Assembly: GCA_021800795.1 (NCBI GenBank) | Contig: JAJYYO010000010.1 | Coordinates: 80 to 64,079 of the forward strand | Direction of reading: 5' to 3' | From: Pseudomonadota bacterium | GTDB lineage: Bacteria > Pseudomonadota > Gammaproteobacteria > Burkholderiales > Gallionellaceae | DNA: 64,000 nt | In this document: positions 1 to 9,083 of the stretch, piece by piece | How the letters are laid out: each line of letters begins with the position of its first letter | How positions within the stretch are numbered: position 1 is the first letter of the stretch | Translations under genes and position numbers: made by a program | The notes under the pieces: model-generated | Seen by the model: the letters and a program-made list of their open reading frames with translations, nothing else | What the model was told of the DNA's origin: nothing | Database searches by the model: none

Positions 1-200
1 TTAGCTTTCGCTTACACAATCAATGTGAGTCGGCCGGACGCTTACAGTGAATACAAGCCACCGTACGAAACGGTGGCTTGTTTCGGCGAGACTTTAAAAC
101 CAAATATAGATTCTCGCCAAAGTAGGTCATTCCTGGATCAAGTCCAGGACAGGCTTAGACTCCTTACAAACAACCCCCTCCGGAAACGGTGGGGGTTTTT
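1..200 (+). ncRNA. candidate structured non-coding RNA (3' part; may begin before the window)
   Basis: Consecutive hairpins: caagccaccgt-acgaa-acggtggcttg, ggcgaga...tctcgcc and tcctgga-tcaag-tccagga. They end in a GC stem plus T tract. The 60-aa ORF here looks non-coding. No family recognised. Confidence 0.3.
172..200 (+). terminator. Rho-independent terminator
   Basis: aaccccctccg-gaaa-cggtgggggtt followed by a T tract. Confidence 0.7.
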
Positions 201-277
201 GCTTTAAACCAAAAAATTCTCGACTTGAATTTTCGTTGGTCTGCGATAATTACATACATTGTGTAAATTTTCTTTTC

Positions 278-2488
278 ATGCCCATCGTTCGTGTCGCGCT
301 TGATGTACCAATTTCCACCCTGTTTGATTACACGGTGGATGAAACTGTTGTAACTGGCATGAGGGTGGTCGTGCCATTTGGACGCCGTCAGATGGTCGGT
401 GTGGTGATGGAATGCGTTGAAAGTTCGGATTTATCGATTGAGCGCATCAAGCCGGTTATGCAGGTTTTGCACGACAGTGCACCGCTGTCGGCCAAACTGC
501 TCGAACTGCTGCAATTTTGCAGCGATTATTATCACTATCCTATCGGGCCAACGGTTTTGTCGGCCTTGCCGACAAGATTGCGTTCCGATAAGCCCATATC
601 GGTGAAACCGGTTCTGAATTATCGCCTGATCGACGGCGCACCGAATATAGACTCTTTACCGAAACGAAAGGTAATTGCGCGACGCATCGTTGAGAAGTTG
701 CACGAACAAATTTGCAGCCTTGCGCAACTTAGAGCCCTGTCTGCGACGGCGGGCGTACAGCTCAAATGGCTGGAAGAGGCAGGCTGGGTCGAGCAATGCG
801 ATGCTTCCCTCCTCCCCCTCGCCAGCGAAGGAGGGGAGAAAATTTCGGCGCATACTTTTGCCAACGCGCATCCGTTGACGAAAGAGCAGCAGCAGGCGGT
901 TGATGCGGTCACCCAGTCTGCGGGTTATGGCTGTTTTTTGCTGCACGGGATTACCGGCAGCGGCAAAACGGAAGTGTATGTGCATCTCATGGATCACATG
1001 TTGCAGCACTGTCCTGAGCATGGTCGAAGGGGAGGCGGCCAGGTGTTGTTGCTGGTGCCTGAGATCAATCTAACGCCGCAACTGGAAGGATATTTCCACA
1101 GCCGGTTTCCGGATGCAGTGCTTGTGAGTTTGCACAGCGGTCTTTCTGAAAACCAGCGTTTGCATAACTGGCAACTTGCGCAGACAGGTTGTGCTCAGAT
1201 CGTGCTGGGTACCCGTCTGTCGGTATTCGCCGAGTTACCGAGGCTTGCGCTCATCATCGTGGATGAGGAGCACGACAGCTCCTTCAAACAGCAGGACGGA
1301 CTGCGTTACTCTGCCAGGGACGTGGCTATCTTTCGTGCAAACCAGAGCGGCGTGCCTATCGTGTTGGGTTCTGCAACCCCTTCACTTGAGAGTTATCACA
1401 ATGCAACGAGCGGGCGTTACCGGATGCTCAAACTGACCGGTCGTGCGCAAGTCGATGCACGCCTGCCAACAGTCGGTTGCATCAATACCAGCCAGTCGAT
1501 ATTGACGGAAGGCATCAGCGAAAAGCTGTTGCGTGAAGTGGGATTGCGTATAGCACGCGGAGAACAAAGCCTGCTGTTCATAAACCGCCGTGGCTATGCG
1601 CCCGTGCTGATGTGCACCGAATGCGGCTGGTTGTCCGATTGCAAGAACTGTGCGGGAAAGATGGTGCTGCATCTCAGGGACAGGCGGTTAAGGTGTCATC
1701 ATTGCGGTTTTCAGCTACGTGTGCCGACTGCATGCCCGGATTGTGGTCATGCTGAATTAAAGCCGGTGGGTAACGGCACGCAACGCGTAGAGAGTGTATT
1801 GCAGGCGCGCTTTCCCGATGCGCGCATCCTGCGGGTGGACAGTGACAGTACGCGCAACAAGCGCGCCTGGCAGAAGATGCGCGAGCAGATTCATGCGAAT
1901 GAAGTCGACATTCTGGTTGGCACACAAATGCTCGCCAAGGGGCACGATTTTCCCGCGCTGACGCTGGTGGGGGTGCTGGACCCTGACAGCGCGTTGTACA
2001 GCAGCGACTTTCGCGCGGCCGAAAAACTGTTCGCCCAGCTGATGCAGGTATCCGGGCGTGCGGGTCGTGCGGATAAGCCGGGCGAAGTGCTGATCCAGAC
2101 AGCCTTTCCAGATCATCCCCTGTTTCGCTGCTTGCAGAGTCACGACTTTGACGGCTGGGCGGCATTGCTGCTGGCCGAGCGGCAGATGGCAGGTTTTCCG
2201 CCGTTCGTATTTCAGGCCATGTTGCGCGCAGAAGGCATGAACGAAGGCGAAGTTTATGCGTACCTGAATCTGGCAAGGCAGGCGGCGCTGAAATTGAAAC
2301 ACCCTGTTGAGATATTCAGTGTCGTTCCCGCATCACTGGCACGCAGGGCTAATCATTTTCGTGCGCAACTGTTGATTCAGGCCACGTCGCGAAAAGCTTT
2401 GCAGCAATTCCTGCGCGCCTGGCATCTGGATGAAATGCCAGCCCGTAAATTGCGCTGCTCGCTGGATGTCGATCCGCTGGAATTCTAA
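278..2488 (+). CDS. priA: primosomal protein N' (replication restart helicase)
   Basis: GITGSGKTEVY, DEEH, CxxC zinc motifs, QVSGRAGR; start taken at MPIVRVALDVP (278). Confidence 0.97.
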   Translation: MPIVRVALDVPISTLFDYTVDETVVTGMRVVVPFGRRQMVGVVMECVESSDLSIERIKPVMQVLHDSAPLSAKLLELLQFCSDYYHYPIGPTVLSALPTRLRSDKPISVKPVLNYRLIDGAPNIDSLPKRKVIARRIVEKLHEQICSLAQLRALSATAGVQLKWLEEAGWVEQCDASLLPLASEGGEKISAHTFANAHPLTKEQQQAVDAVTQSAGYGCFLLHGITGSGKTEVYVHLMDHMLQHCPEHGRRGGGQVLLLVPEINLTPQLEGYFHSRFPDAVLVSLHSGLSENQRLHNWQLAQTGCAQIVLGTRLSVFAELPRLALIIVDEEHDSSFKQQDGLRYSARDVAIFRANQSGVPIVLGSATPSLESYHNATSGRYRMLKLTGRAQVDARLPTVGCINTSQSILTEGISEKLLREVGLRIARGEQSLLFINRRGYAPVLMCTECGWLSDCKNCAGKMVLHLRDRRLRCHHCGFQLRVPTACPDCGHAELKPVGNGTQRVESVLQARFPDARILRVDSDSTRNKRAWQKMREQIHANEVDILVGTQMLAKGHDFPALTLVGVLDPDSALYSSDFRAAEKLFAQLMQVSGRAGRADKPGEVLIQTAFPDHPLFRCLQSHDFDGWAALLLAERQMAGFPPFVFQAMLRAEGMNEGEVYAYLNLARQAALKLKHPVEIFSVVPASLARRANHFRAQLLIQATSRKALQQFLRAWHLDEMPARKLRCSLDVDPLEF
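806..840. repeat. small imperfect palindrome in frame in priA (SLLPLASEGGEK)
   Basis: tccctcctccccctcgccagcgaaggaggggagaa resembles the CCCTCTCCC...GGGAGAGGG cores of the intergenic repeats. Confidence 0.5.
1011..1030 (+). repeat. CCTGAGCTTGTCGAAGG-type repeat half-site in frame in priA (CPEHGRR)
   Basis: gtcctgagcatggtcgaagg matches the arms of the element in recG (12774-12871). Confidence 0.55.
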
Positions 2489-2526
2489 AGCTGCGCCGGC
2501 GTCGTGAAGCGAATAGGAAAATATGA

Positions 2527-2702
2527 TCGCGACTCCTGATTAGCCATAAAGTTCAGCGCGCGTCATTGCGAGGAGCGAAGCGACGTGGCAATCCAGGTGC
2601 TTATATTCAAAATGTCCTTTGACTAACTGGATTGCTTCGCTACGCTCGCAATGACAGCTCATTTTTTTCGCAGCTGAACTTGGTGGCTAATCAGGTCGCG
2701 AC
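2527..2702. mobile_element. nested palindromic MITE-like element (RPE-like core)
   Basis: Outer IR tcgcgac(tc)ctgattagcca..aagttcagc / gctgaactt..tggctaatcaggtcgcga; inner gtcattgcgaggagcgaagcgacgtggcaatcca / tggattgcttcgctacgctcgcaatgac. Confidence 0.8.
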
Positions 2703-3089
2703 TTGATTTGCATCAATAAGCATAATCTTATTTTCCGGCATAATGAAAACCGGTGGCAATGATTTAGTCGTGCCCCAAGGCAATTTAGGGATGGAGCGCT
2801 GGCAGACATCGAAAAGCCATCAAGGAAGGCAAGGTTCAGGGCGGCGGGCAGGAATTATCCAAGACCATGAAGGGGCTGCCGGCCTTCTTGGCGGAGATGT
2901 TCGGGGGCGAGAGTTTGTTCGTGGCCGGCATCATTTTCATCTGTCCTTATGTTGTGGCTGGCGAGCAAGCAGCCGTCACTCTGGGCAGACGGCAGAAAAG
3001 CCATCGTCTGAACCTGTTTTCGGGTCAGCGTGGTTCGGAGTACACTGCGTACTGAAGTGTGGATCAACCACGATGCGAACAGGAAATAA

Positions 3090-4484
3090 ATGAGTTATCC
3101 AGATTTGATTCACTCCTTGTCACTGATCGTCGGAGATGATGCCGTGCTGACAGGTGAACCGGCGGCATCCTATTGCAAAGACTGGCGCGGTCGCTATACG
3201 GGCGATGCGCTGGCTGTTGTTTTTCCATCCAACACGGGGCAGGTTGCGGAAGTCGTCAAGCTGTGCGCCGCGCAGCAAGTCGGCATCGTTCCGCAGGGCG
3301 GCAATACCAGTCTGTGCGGCGCTTCCGTGCCTTTGCCTCTGGTGCGGCAAATCGTGTTGAATCTGTCGCGTATGAATCGGATATGCGCAATCGATGCAAT
3401 CAATTACACCATGACGGTCGAGGCGGGTTGCAAGCTGGCCGCAGTGTATGAGGCGGCAGAAGGGATCAATCGCCTGTTCCCCCTCGGATTGACGGCGATC
3501 GCGCCGCATTGCGAAATCGGCGGCAATCTTTCCACCAATGCAGGGGGGATCGGCGTGTTGCGCTACGGCAGTGCGCGCAATCTGGTGCTGGGACTGGAAG
3601 TGGTGCTGCCGGACGGACGCATCTGGAACGGGCTGCGCAGCTTGCGCAAGGACAATACCGGCTATGATTTGAAACAGCTGTTCATCGGGGCGGAGGGCAC
3701 GCTGGGCATCATCACGGCGGCTGTGCTGAAGTTGTTTCCGCGCCCGCAGACAACTTGCACGGCCTGCGTGGCTATCGCTTCGCCTGAAGTTGCGGTGCGT
3801 TTGCTCGCCTATCTGCGATCGGCTTGCGGGCCTGCGTTGAGCGCTTTTGAAATCATGTCGCGCAACTGTCTGGACCTGGTATTCAAGCATATCGAAAATA
3901 CGCAGGAGCCTTTCAAGAAGCCGTATGAATGGTATCTGCTGATCAAGATGGACGATGTGCCGCAAATCGAGGTGCGCAACGCGCTGCTCGGTTTCGGAGA
4001 TGAGATATTGGCGGTGGGGCTCGCCTGCGATGCACGGCAGGCTGAACTCTGGTGGAATCTGCGCAAAAATATCAGCGAGGCCCAAAAGCGGGAGGGTGTG
4101 AGCATCAAGCACGACATTGCCGTGCCGGTGAGCCGCATCGCGGATTTCATCGCAGGAGCGAATATCGCGCTGCGCGACAGATTCACAGGGATACGCATTG
4201 TCGCGTTCGGTCATATGGGCGATGGCAACGTCCACTATAACGTGTCCATGCAGGATGCCTCCGTCAATACTGACTTTATCGCTCAGCATGAGAATGAGGT
4301 GAACCACATCGTTTACGGGGTGGTGCGCAAGCTAAACGGCAGCATCAGCGCCGAACACGGTCTGGGACAACTCAAGCGTACAACCATCCGCGATTACAAA
4401 GACCCGCTGGAGCTGGAAATGATGCGCACCATCAAACAGGCGTTTGACCCTGAGGGACTGATGAACCCGGGTAAAGTCATTTAA
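3090..4484 (+). CDS. FAD-binding oxidoreductase (D-2-hydroxyacid dehydrogenase / GlcD-like family)
   Basis: PQGGNTSLCG, IGGNLSTNAGG, FGHMGDGNVH, SISAEHGLG, MNPGKV. Confidence 0.9.
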   Translation: MSYPDLIHSLSLIVGDDAVLTGEPAASYCKDWRGRYTGDALAVVFPSNTGQVAEVVKLCAAQQVGIVPQGGNTSLCGASVPLPLVRQIVLNLSRMNRICAIDAINYTMTVEAGCKLAAVYEAAEGINRLFPLGLTAIAPHCEIGGNLSTNAGGIGVLRYGSARNLVLGLEVVLPDGRIWNGLRSLRKDNTGYDLKQLFIGAEGTLGIITAAVLKLFPRPQTTCTACVAIASPEVAVRLLAYLRSACGPALSAFEIMSRNCLDLVFKHIENTQEPFKKPYEWYLLIKMDDVPQIEVRNALLGFGDEILAVGLACDARQAELWWNLRKNISEAQKREGVSIKHDIAVPVSRIADFIAGANIALRDRFTGIRIVAFGHMGDGNVHYNVSMQDASVNTDFIAQHENEVNHIVYGVVRKLNGSISAEHGLGQLKRTTIRDYKDPLELEMMRTIKQAFDPEGLMNPGKVI

Positions 4485-4628
4485 CCGGTCCATTTGGTTT
4501 GCTGTCTGAATAAGGCGGGGCGGTTCTTACATTCCAACGTTGGTTTCGCGGCTCACGCGGGCGGTCAGAGTTGCAGTATTTGGCATAATGTCCTCACTAT
4601 TTGAACGTTCGCAATAATAACTGCAGCA

Positions 4629-4934
4629 TCAACCGTGTAGCGGGTGCTCAGTAATAAACTGGCGCAGGGCTGAATCCAGACGGGTCTGCCAGCCGTCGCC
4701 TGTGTCGCGGAATTGCGTTACCACGTCACGCGACAGGCGAATGGTGATGCGTTCCTTGGTTACTGCTGACTTCGGTCGGCCAACACGAACCAATGGTTTT
4801 ACCTTTGCCCACTCCTCGTCGGTGTATGGCATGGCATCCGGGTCTGACATGGCTGCCGCCGTAATGATGGCATCCTCTTCAGGCGTGGGTAGTATGAGTG
4901 TGCGCCCTGAGCGCGTTTTAATCGTTTGCGGCAT
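4629..4934 (-). CDS. brnA: BrnA-family antitoxin
   Basis: GRPK...KERITIRLSRDVVTQFRDTGDGWQTRLDSALR ribbon-helix-helix tail; overlaps the toxin end. Confidence 0.85.
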   Translation of the reverse strand: MPQTIKTRSGRTLILPTPEEDAIITAAAMSDPDAMPYTDEEWAKVKPLVRVGRPKSAVTKERITIRLSRDVVTQFRDTGDGWQTRLDSALRQFITEHPLHG

Positions 4935-5308
4935 AGTCTTTCACCTCTTTGTTGTTGGCCTTGCGTAAGCTGATAATTCGCCGACTGTCGGCGCGATATA
5001 CGAATGCGGCGAAGTACAGACGATCACCCAGCGGTACCAAAGCAGATAGTCGCTCTTCACCATATTCATATCGCGTGTCTGTCCAGATCATGGCGCTTTC
5101 CCAATCCAGTTTAGATGCAACCGCCAGTGAGACGCCATGCTTATCGAGGTTACTTGCGTCATTAACGTGAAGCTCGCGTAGCGATTCGTTTGTCCTTTCC
5201 CTCGCTTGCGGGGGAAAGTTTGAAAGGGGGAAACGGGCATGGCGAGCTTCATTATCAGGGATGGCATCATTGTCATGCCCGTTAGGTTGGATCGAATGTG
5301 ATGTCCAT
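4918..5308 (-). pseudogene. brnT: BrnT-family toxin interrupted by a repeat element
   Basis: Native start ATG GAC ATC ACA TTC GAT CCA ACC (MDITFDPT, 5308) hits TAA. The body NDASNLDKHGVSL...RRIISLRKAN resumes 121 nt later in another frame. Confidence 0.8.
5162..5285. mobile_element. family-A modular palindromic element, copy 1 (in brnT)
   Basis: ttaacgtgaagctcgcg...ggcatggcgagcttca...catgcccgttag; homologs at 11815, 16424, 40247, 44885, 52939 and 58955. Confidence 0.85.
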
Positions 5309-5540
5309 GTACTTATTGTATGCACAAAAATAACAGAGCGCAAGCACTTGTTGTGCGATTATCGACTTGCCGTGGCGCTACGACATCAGAAATAAGTGAT
5401 TTTTTCAGAATGAGGCTGACAAAATCCGTCACATCGCTGCCAGAATCCGGCAGTTGCTGTTTGCGAGATATCCGCGCTTTTTAGGTCGTCCGCGTGACAC
5501 AAAAAAATAAATCCGGCTGCCAAGCCGCACCAACACTGAC

Positions 5541-5566
5541 ATCCTCAATCCTCAATCCTCGATCCT
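5541..5566. repeat. heptamer tandem repeat (ATCCTCA/ATCCTCG)
   Basis: atcctcaatcctcaatcctcgatcct. Confidence 0.8.
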
Positions 5567-5574
5567 GTATTCTC

Positions 5575-5590
5575 TGGCACGGCTATTGCT
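5575..5590 (+). promoter_or_regulatory. sigma-54 promoter of pilA
   Basis: TGGCAC-GGCTA-TTGCT is a perfect -24/-12 consensus. TGAC-N7-GTCA at 5417-5431 could be an activator (PilR-type) site. Confidence 0.85.
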
Positions 5591-5670
5591 CTATAATCAT
5601 CAAGGCGAATCGGTGACCGAACCAGTTTTGCCGAATGACCGGATTAACACACTTTAAACAGGAGCTTAGA

Positions 5671-6183
5671 ATGAAAAAAGTACAAATGGTTCAAGCAGGG
5701 ATGACACGTGCACGTGTCAACTCGCAACAAGGTTTTACCCTTATCGAATTGATGATTGTCGTGGCGATTATCGGTATTCTGGCCGCGGTTGCGATTCCGA
5801 GTTACCAGAACTATACCCGTAAGGCGGCATACACCGAAGTGATCATGGCTGCCGACCCCTACAAAATTGGCATTGCAGACTGCTTCTCCAGTCTGGGCGA
5901 TTTGGGTTCATGTACCGCAGGCAGTAACGGTGTTCCGGCAGCTATCACTACCGGTTCCGGTGCAGTTGGTTCCATTGCTGTTACAGCGCCAGCCACTGGT
6001 AGTACTTCGTCAGGTGTAATAAAGATTAATGTTATCCCGACAAACAACTACAAAGGCCTTCTAACTGGAGATAATTTTATGATTGATGGAACTATCACCG
6101 CAGCAGGCACTACGAACACCTATAATCTTATCTGGACTACCGATTCAACCAGTGGCTGTCTGACCAAGAACTACTGCAAGTAA
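5671..6183 (+). CDS. pilA: type IV major pilin
   Basis: QQG|[27 protein letters not shown] prepilin cleavage/methylation site, C-terminal Cys pair, RBS caggag. Confidence 0.95.
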   Translation: MKKVQMVQAGMTRARVNSQQGFTLIELMIVVAIIGILAAVAIPSYQNYTRKAAYTEVIMAADPYKIGIADCFSSLGDLGSCTAGSNGVPAAITTGSGAVGSIAVTAPATGSTSSGVIKINVIPTNNYKGLLTGDNFMIDGTITAAGTTNTYNLIWTTDSTSGCLTKNYCK

Positions 6184-6225
6184 TGTACTGCCGGGCCTGA
6201 GTGAAAATCTTCAGGTCTGAAACCG

Positions 6226-6255
6226 AACCCCTCCCTTCTCGGGGAGGGGTTTTTT
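6226..6255 (+). terminator. Rho-independent terminator after pilA
   Basis: aacccctccc-ttctc-ggggaggggtt followed by tttt. Confidence 0.8.
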
Positions 6256-6270
6256 CATGAGGGGTGTTTC

Positions 6271-7902
6271 ATGAAGACGCTGCTTAAAAAAAATATTACG
6301 TTTCTGTATATATTGGCCATCCTTGTCGCGGCAGGCGGTCTGTACGGGCGGTTTTTGTCGAGTCCCATCGTCTTTGACGATTTTTACATGTTCGCCGGGA
6401 ACACGCTGGCGGATTACGGACATTCCTATTTTTCCTTCACGCTGCGCTGGCTTCCCTATGCCACTTTGGGCTGGACCTGGAATACCTTCGGCGAAAACCT
6501 GATCTGGTTCCGTCTGGGTAATCTTTTATTGCACGCGGCAACAGCCGTTGCGCTGTTTTTTTTCCTGAACAGCCTGTTCGAGACGGTTTTACCGCAGGAA
6601 AAAGACCGTTTATCCCATGCAGCTTATGCGTTCTTCGGCGCGCTGCTGTTCGCCTTGCATCCGGTCGCAGTTTTTGCCGCAGGGTATCTGGTGGAGCGCA
6701 GCATCGTAATGGCGACGCTGTTCGGCCTGCTGACACTGTATGCCTATCTGCAAGGGCTGCTGCTGAAAAATAACCGCTGGTTCGTCGCCTCGGCCTGCTT
6801 CTATTTTCTCGCGGTGTTCTCCAAGGAACATGCGGTGATGATCCCAGCTGTGGCGCTCGCATTAACTGTATTGGTGGAATCTCCCTCGAAGGCGCTGTTC
6901 AAGCGCATCGCCCTGCCGTTCATATTTTTTGCGCTGATCGGCATTCTGATCATTTTAAAAAGCAAAGGCGTTCTCGGTGCTTCCTACGAGCCTTTTGCGC
7001 TCGATATGCTCAAGGACTTGTCGGATTCCGGAGAAAAAATCGATCGCGCGCAAGCCTATCCGTTGAGCATCGCAACGCAAAGCCTGCTTTTCTTCAAATA
7101 CCTGGGCTTGTGGCTGCTGCCCAACCCGATCTGGATGTCGGTGGATATGCGCGAGCCCTTCGCATCCAGCCTGCTGGACTGGCATTATCTGCTGGCGATG
7201 GCGGGCTTTCTGGCTTATGGCGGTATCGCGTTATGGCTTTTGCTGCAAAGAGGCAAAAAAGGGCTTGCTGGTTTCGCGATGCTGTTCCCCTGGCTGCTGT
7301 TTGCCACGGAGTTTTCCACGGTGCGCATCCAGGAATCCTTCGTGCTTTATCGCAGTTACCTGTGGATGTCAGGCATTTTTGCAGCGCTGCCGGTATTGTT
7401 TTGTCTCGTTTCCGCCCGCAAGGCGGCGATCTGGCTGGTGTTGCTCTGTTTATTCTACGTTCCGCTGTCGCTCGACCGATTGCAGGACTTCTCGAATCCG
7501 CTTTACCTGTGGGACGATGCCGCGCGGCTGGTGGAACGCAAGCAGGATTTGCCCGGCGTGGCAAGAATCTACCATAATCGAGGCATCTCATTTGCCCATG
7601 TATTCATGAAAACGAAAGCGCTTGAGGATTACAACACGGCGTTAAGGCTCAAGCCCGATGACAGTTATACCTATAATGATCGTGGCGCGCTTTTTTACGA
7701 CTGGGGAAAGTATCCTGAGGCGATGCGCGACTTCGACAAGGCGATCTCGCTGGAAGCGGATGTCGGGCATTTTTACTGGGCGCGCGGCAAGGTTTTCGAG
7801 GCGACCGGAGATATGAGCTCCGCCCAAACTAATTACCGGCAGGGTTGCCAGTTAGGCGAAAAACGCGCCTGCGACAAGCTGGCTGGAATGAAGGGCAAGT
7901 AG
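6271..7902 (+). CDS. polytopic membrane protein with C-terminal TPRs; TMTC-like GT-C glycosyltransferase
   Basis: PIVFDD motif after TM1, HPV...ERS, SKEHA, about 10 TM segments, then TPRs (YHNRG, YNDRG, YWARG). Confidence 0.7.
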   Translation: MKTLLKKNITFLYILAILVAAGGLYGRFLSSPIVFDDFYMFAGNTLADYGHSYFSFTLRWLPYATLGWTWNTFGENLIWFRLGNLLLHAATAVALFFFLNSLFETVLPQEKDRLSHAAYAFFGALLFALHPVAVFAAGYLVERSIVMATLFGLLTLYAYLQGLLLKNNRWFVASACFYFLAVFSKEHAVMIPAVALALTVLVESPSKALFKRIALPFIFFALIGILIILKSKGVLGASYEPFALDMLKDLSDSGEKIDRAQAYPLSIATQSLLFFKYLGLWLLPNPIWMSVDMREPFASSLLDWHYLLAMAGFLAYGGIALWLLLQRGKKGLAGFAMLFPWLLFATEFSTVRIQESFVLYRSYLWMSGIFAALPVLFCLVSARKAAIWLVLLCLFYVPLSLDRLQDFSNPLYLWDDAARLVERKQDLPGVARIYHNRGISFAHVFMKTKALEDYNTALRLKPDDSYTYNDRGALFYDWGKYPEAMRDFDKAISLEADVGHFYWARGKVFEATGDMSSAQTNYRQGCQLGEKRACDKLAGMKGK

Positions 7903-7908
7903 ATTTTG

Positions 7909-8107
7909 CTAAGCCATCGCTAGCCTTGCCGGGCCTTGATACTGTGCCACGGTCGCGTCATCAGTCAGCAATGTAATCCCTTCGACCATTGCCTGCGCAA
8001 TCAGCAGCCGGTCGAAGGGGTCTTTGTGTATCGGTGGCAAGACATCAATCGCAACGGTATGCTCACTGAGTATCGGGAGTTCGCAATATCCGTTGTCGAT
8101 CAGCACA
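7909..8107 (-). pseudogene. C-terminal fragment of PIN-domain (VapC-like) toxin
   Basis: LPPIHKDPFDRLLIAQAMVEGITLLTDD; the 5' half is missing and replaced by REP DNA. Confidence 0.8.
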
Positions 8108-8299
8108 GTAGGATGCGGTGACAACCGCATCGCTCACGTCATTCCCCAAGCTGCGTTCATATCGCCACCGCGAACGATGCGGTTGTCACCGCATCCTACG
8201 CCGCATCAACGTACCAACTCCTGTATCTTGCGGTTCGCACCCTGCAGTTTTTTGAACAGCGCCAGCACCGCGAATGATGCGGTTGTCACCGCATCCTAC
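8108..8299. repeat. GTAG-type REP cluster (3 copies)
   Basis: GTAGGATGCGGTGACAACCGCATC at 8108-8131 (+), 8176-8199 (-) and 8276-8299 (-). Confidence 0.9.
8206..8267 (-). pseudogene. displaced duplicate of the last 19 codons of the cNMP-binding protein gene
   Basis: LALFKKLQGANRKIQELVR* versus ...ELIR* at 9084-9145. Confidence 0.85.
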
Positions 8300-8346
8300 C
8301 GGGTTTATATGGCGGTTTTCTTGGTAAAGGGGACGCTACCCTTTTA

Positions 8347-8628
8347 CTATAGCCCCAGCTCACTATGGGAACCGAGCCGCACAAGTCGCATATTGTCGGC
8401 GTCTGGTTTGTGGTAAATCAATACCAGGTCAGGCTTGATGTGGCAGTCGCGGTGATCCTTCCAGTCGCCAGTGAGCGGATGGTCACGAAAACGCGGTTCA
8501 AGAGGTTGATCGTTCGCAAGACAATCTACAACGGGAAACAAGTCATCATCAAGCGAAGAGCGGTGCCGGCCTTTGGCTTCGCGCTTGTAGTCTCGCTTAA
8601 ATTGGCCGGTCCATTCAATCGTCCGCAC
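8347..8628 (-). CDS. yafQ: YafQ-family (RelE superfamily) toxin
   Basis: FKRDYKR, DHPLTGDWKDHRDCHIKPDLVLIY, LVRLGSHSEL. Confidence 0.9.
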   Translation of the reverse strand: MRTIEWTGQFKRDYKREAKGRHRSSLDDDLFPVVDCLANDQPLEPRFRDHPLTGDWKDHRDCHIKPDLVLIYHKPDADNMRLVRLGSHSELGL

Positions 8629-8878
8629 GGAGTGCTTTTTTCAATTCCGCAATACTGTTGGCGCGAGGCAGATTTCCGGCGCGAGCCTCCATCATGGCCG
8701 CAATAGTGACGGCATTGGGAACCAGAGGGTCAAATGGCAGTGCGTGTTCATGTGCAATTCTTGTTAGCAGCATTCGCACTGCATCGGACACAGTGAGACC
8801 CATAGCGGCCAGCACGCTCGCTGCCTCTTCTTTGATGGCTCCATCAATGCGGGTTTGTACCAGTTGGTTTGCAGCCAT
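8615..8878 (-). CDS. dinJ: RelB/DinJ-family antitoxin
   Basis: VQTRIDGAIKEEAASVLAAMGLTVSDAVRMLLTRIAHEHALPFD; overlaps the toxin start. Confidence 0.88.
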   Translation of the reverse strand: MAANQLVQTRIDGAIKEEAASVLAAMGLTVSDAVRMLLTRIAHEHALPFDPLVPNAVTIAAMMEARAGNLPRANSIAELKKALRADD

Positions 8879-8902
8879 GATCACTTCTCCTTGTTAATTT
8901 GA

Positions 8903-8915
8903 ATTACATTGTAAT
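8903..8915. promoter_or_regulatory. palindromic operator upstream of dinJ-yafQ
   Basis: ATTACA-T-TGTAAT. Confidence 0.55.
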
Positions 8916-8985
8916 GCATTGCGAGTGGCAGCACAAACATTGGGACGCAAATTGGGGCGCAATATTGGTAAAGGGGTAAAGCGCG

Positions 8986-9076
8986 GTAGGATGCGGTGAC
9001 AACCGCATCGCTCGCGTCATTCCCCGGTTGAGTTTATATCGCCACCGCGAACGATGCGGTTGTCACCGCATCCTAC
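8986..9076. repeat. inverted REP pair (REPIN-like)
   Basis: Same 24-bp REP at 8986-9009 (+) and 9053-9076 (-); spacer is homologous to the 8108-8199 pair. Confidence 0.9.
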
Positions 9077-9083
9077 TACAGCA

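Noticed and set aside
5162-5290. Integron attC interpretation of family-A elements (GTTAGGT right ends, TA genes nearby)
   Set aside because: The left ends do not fit RYYYAAC, no L boxes or cassette array are evident, there is no intI, and copies lie inside housekeeping genes.
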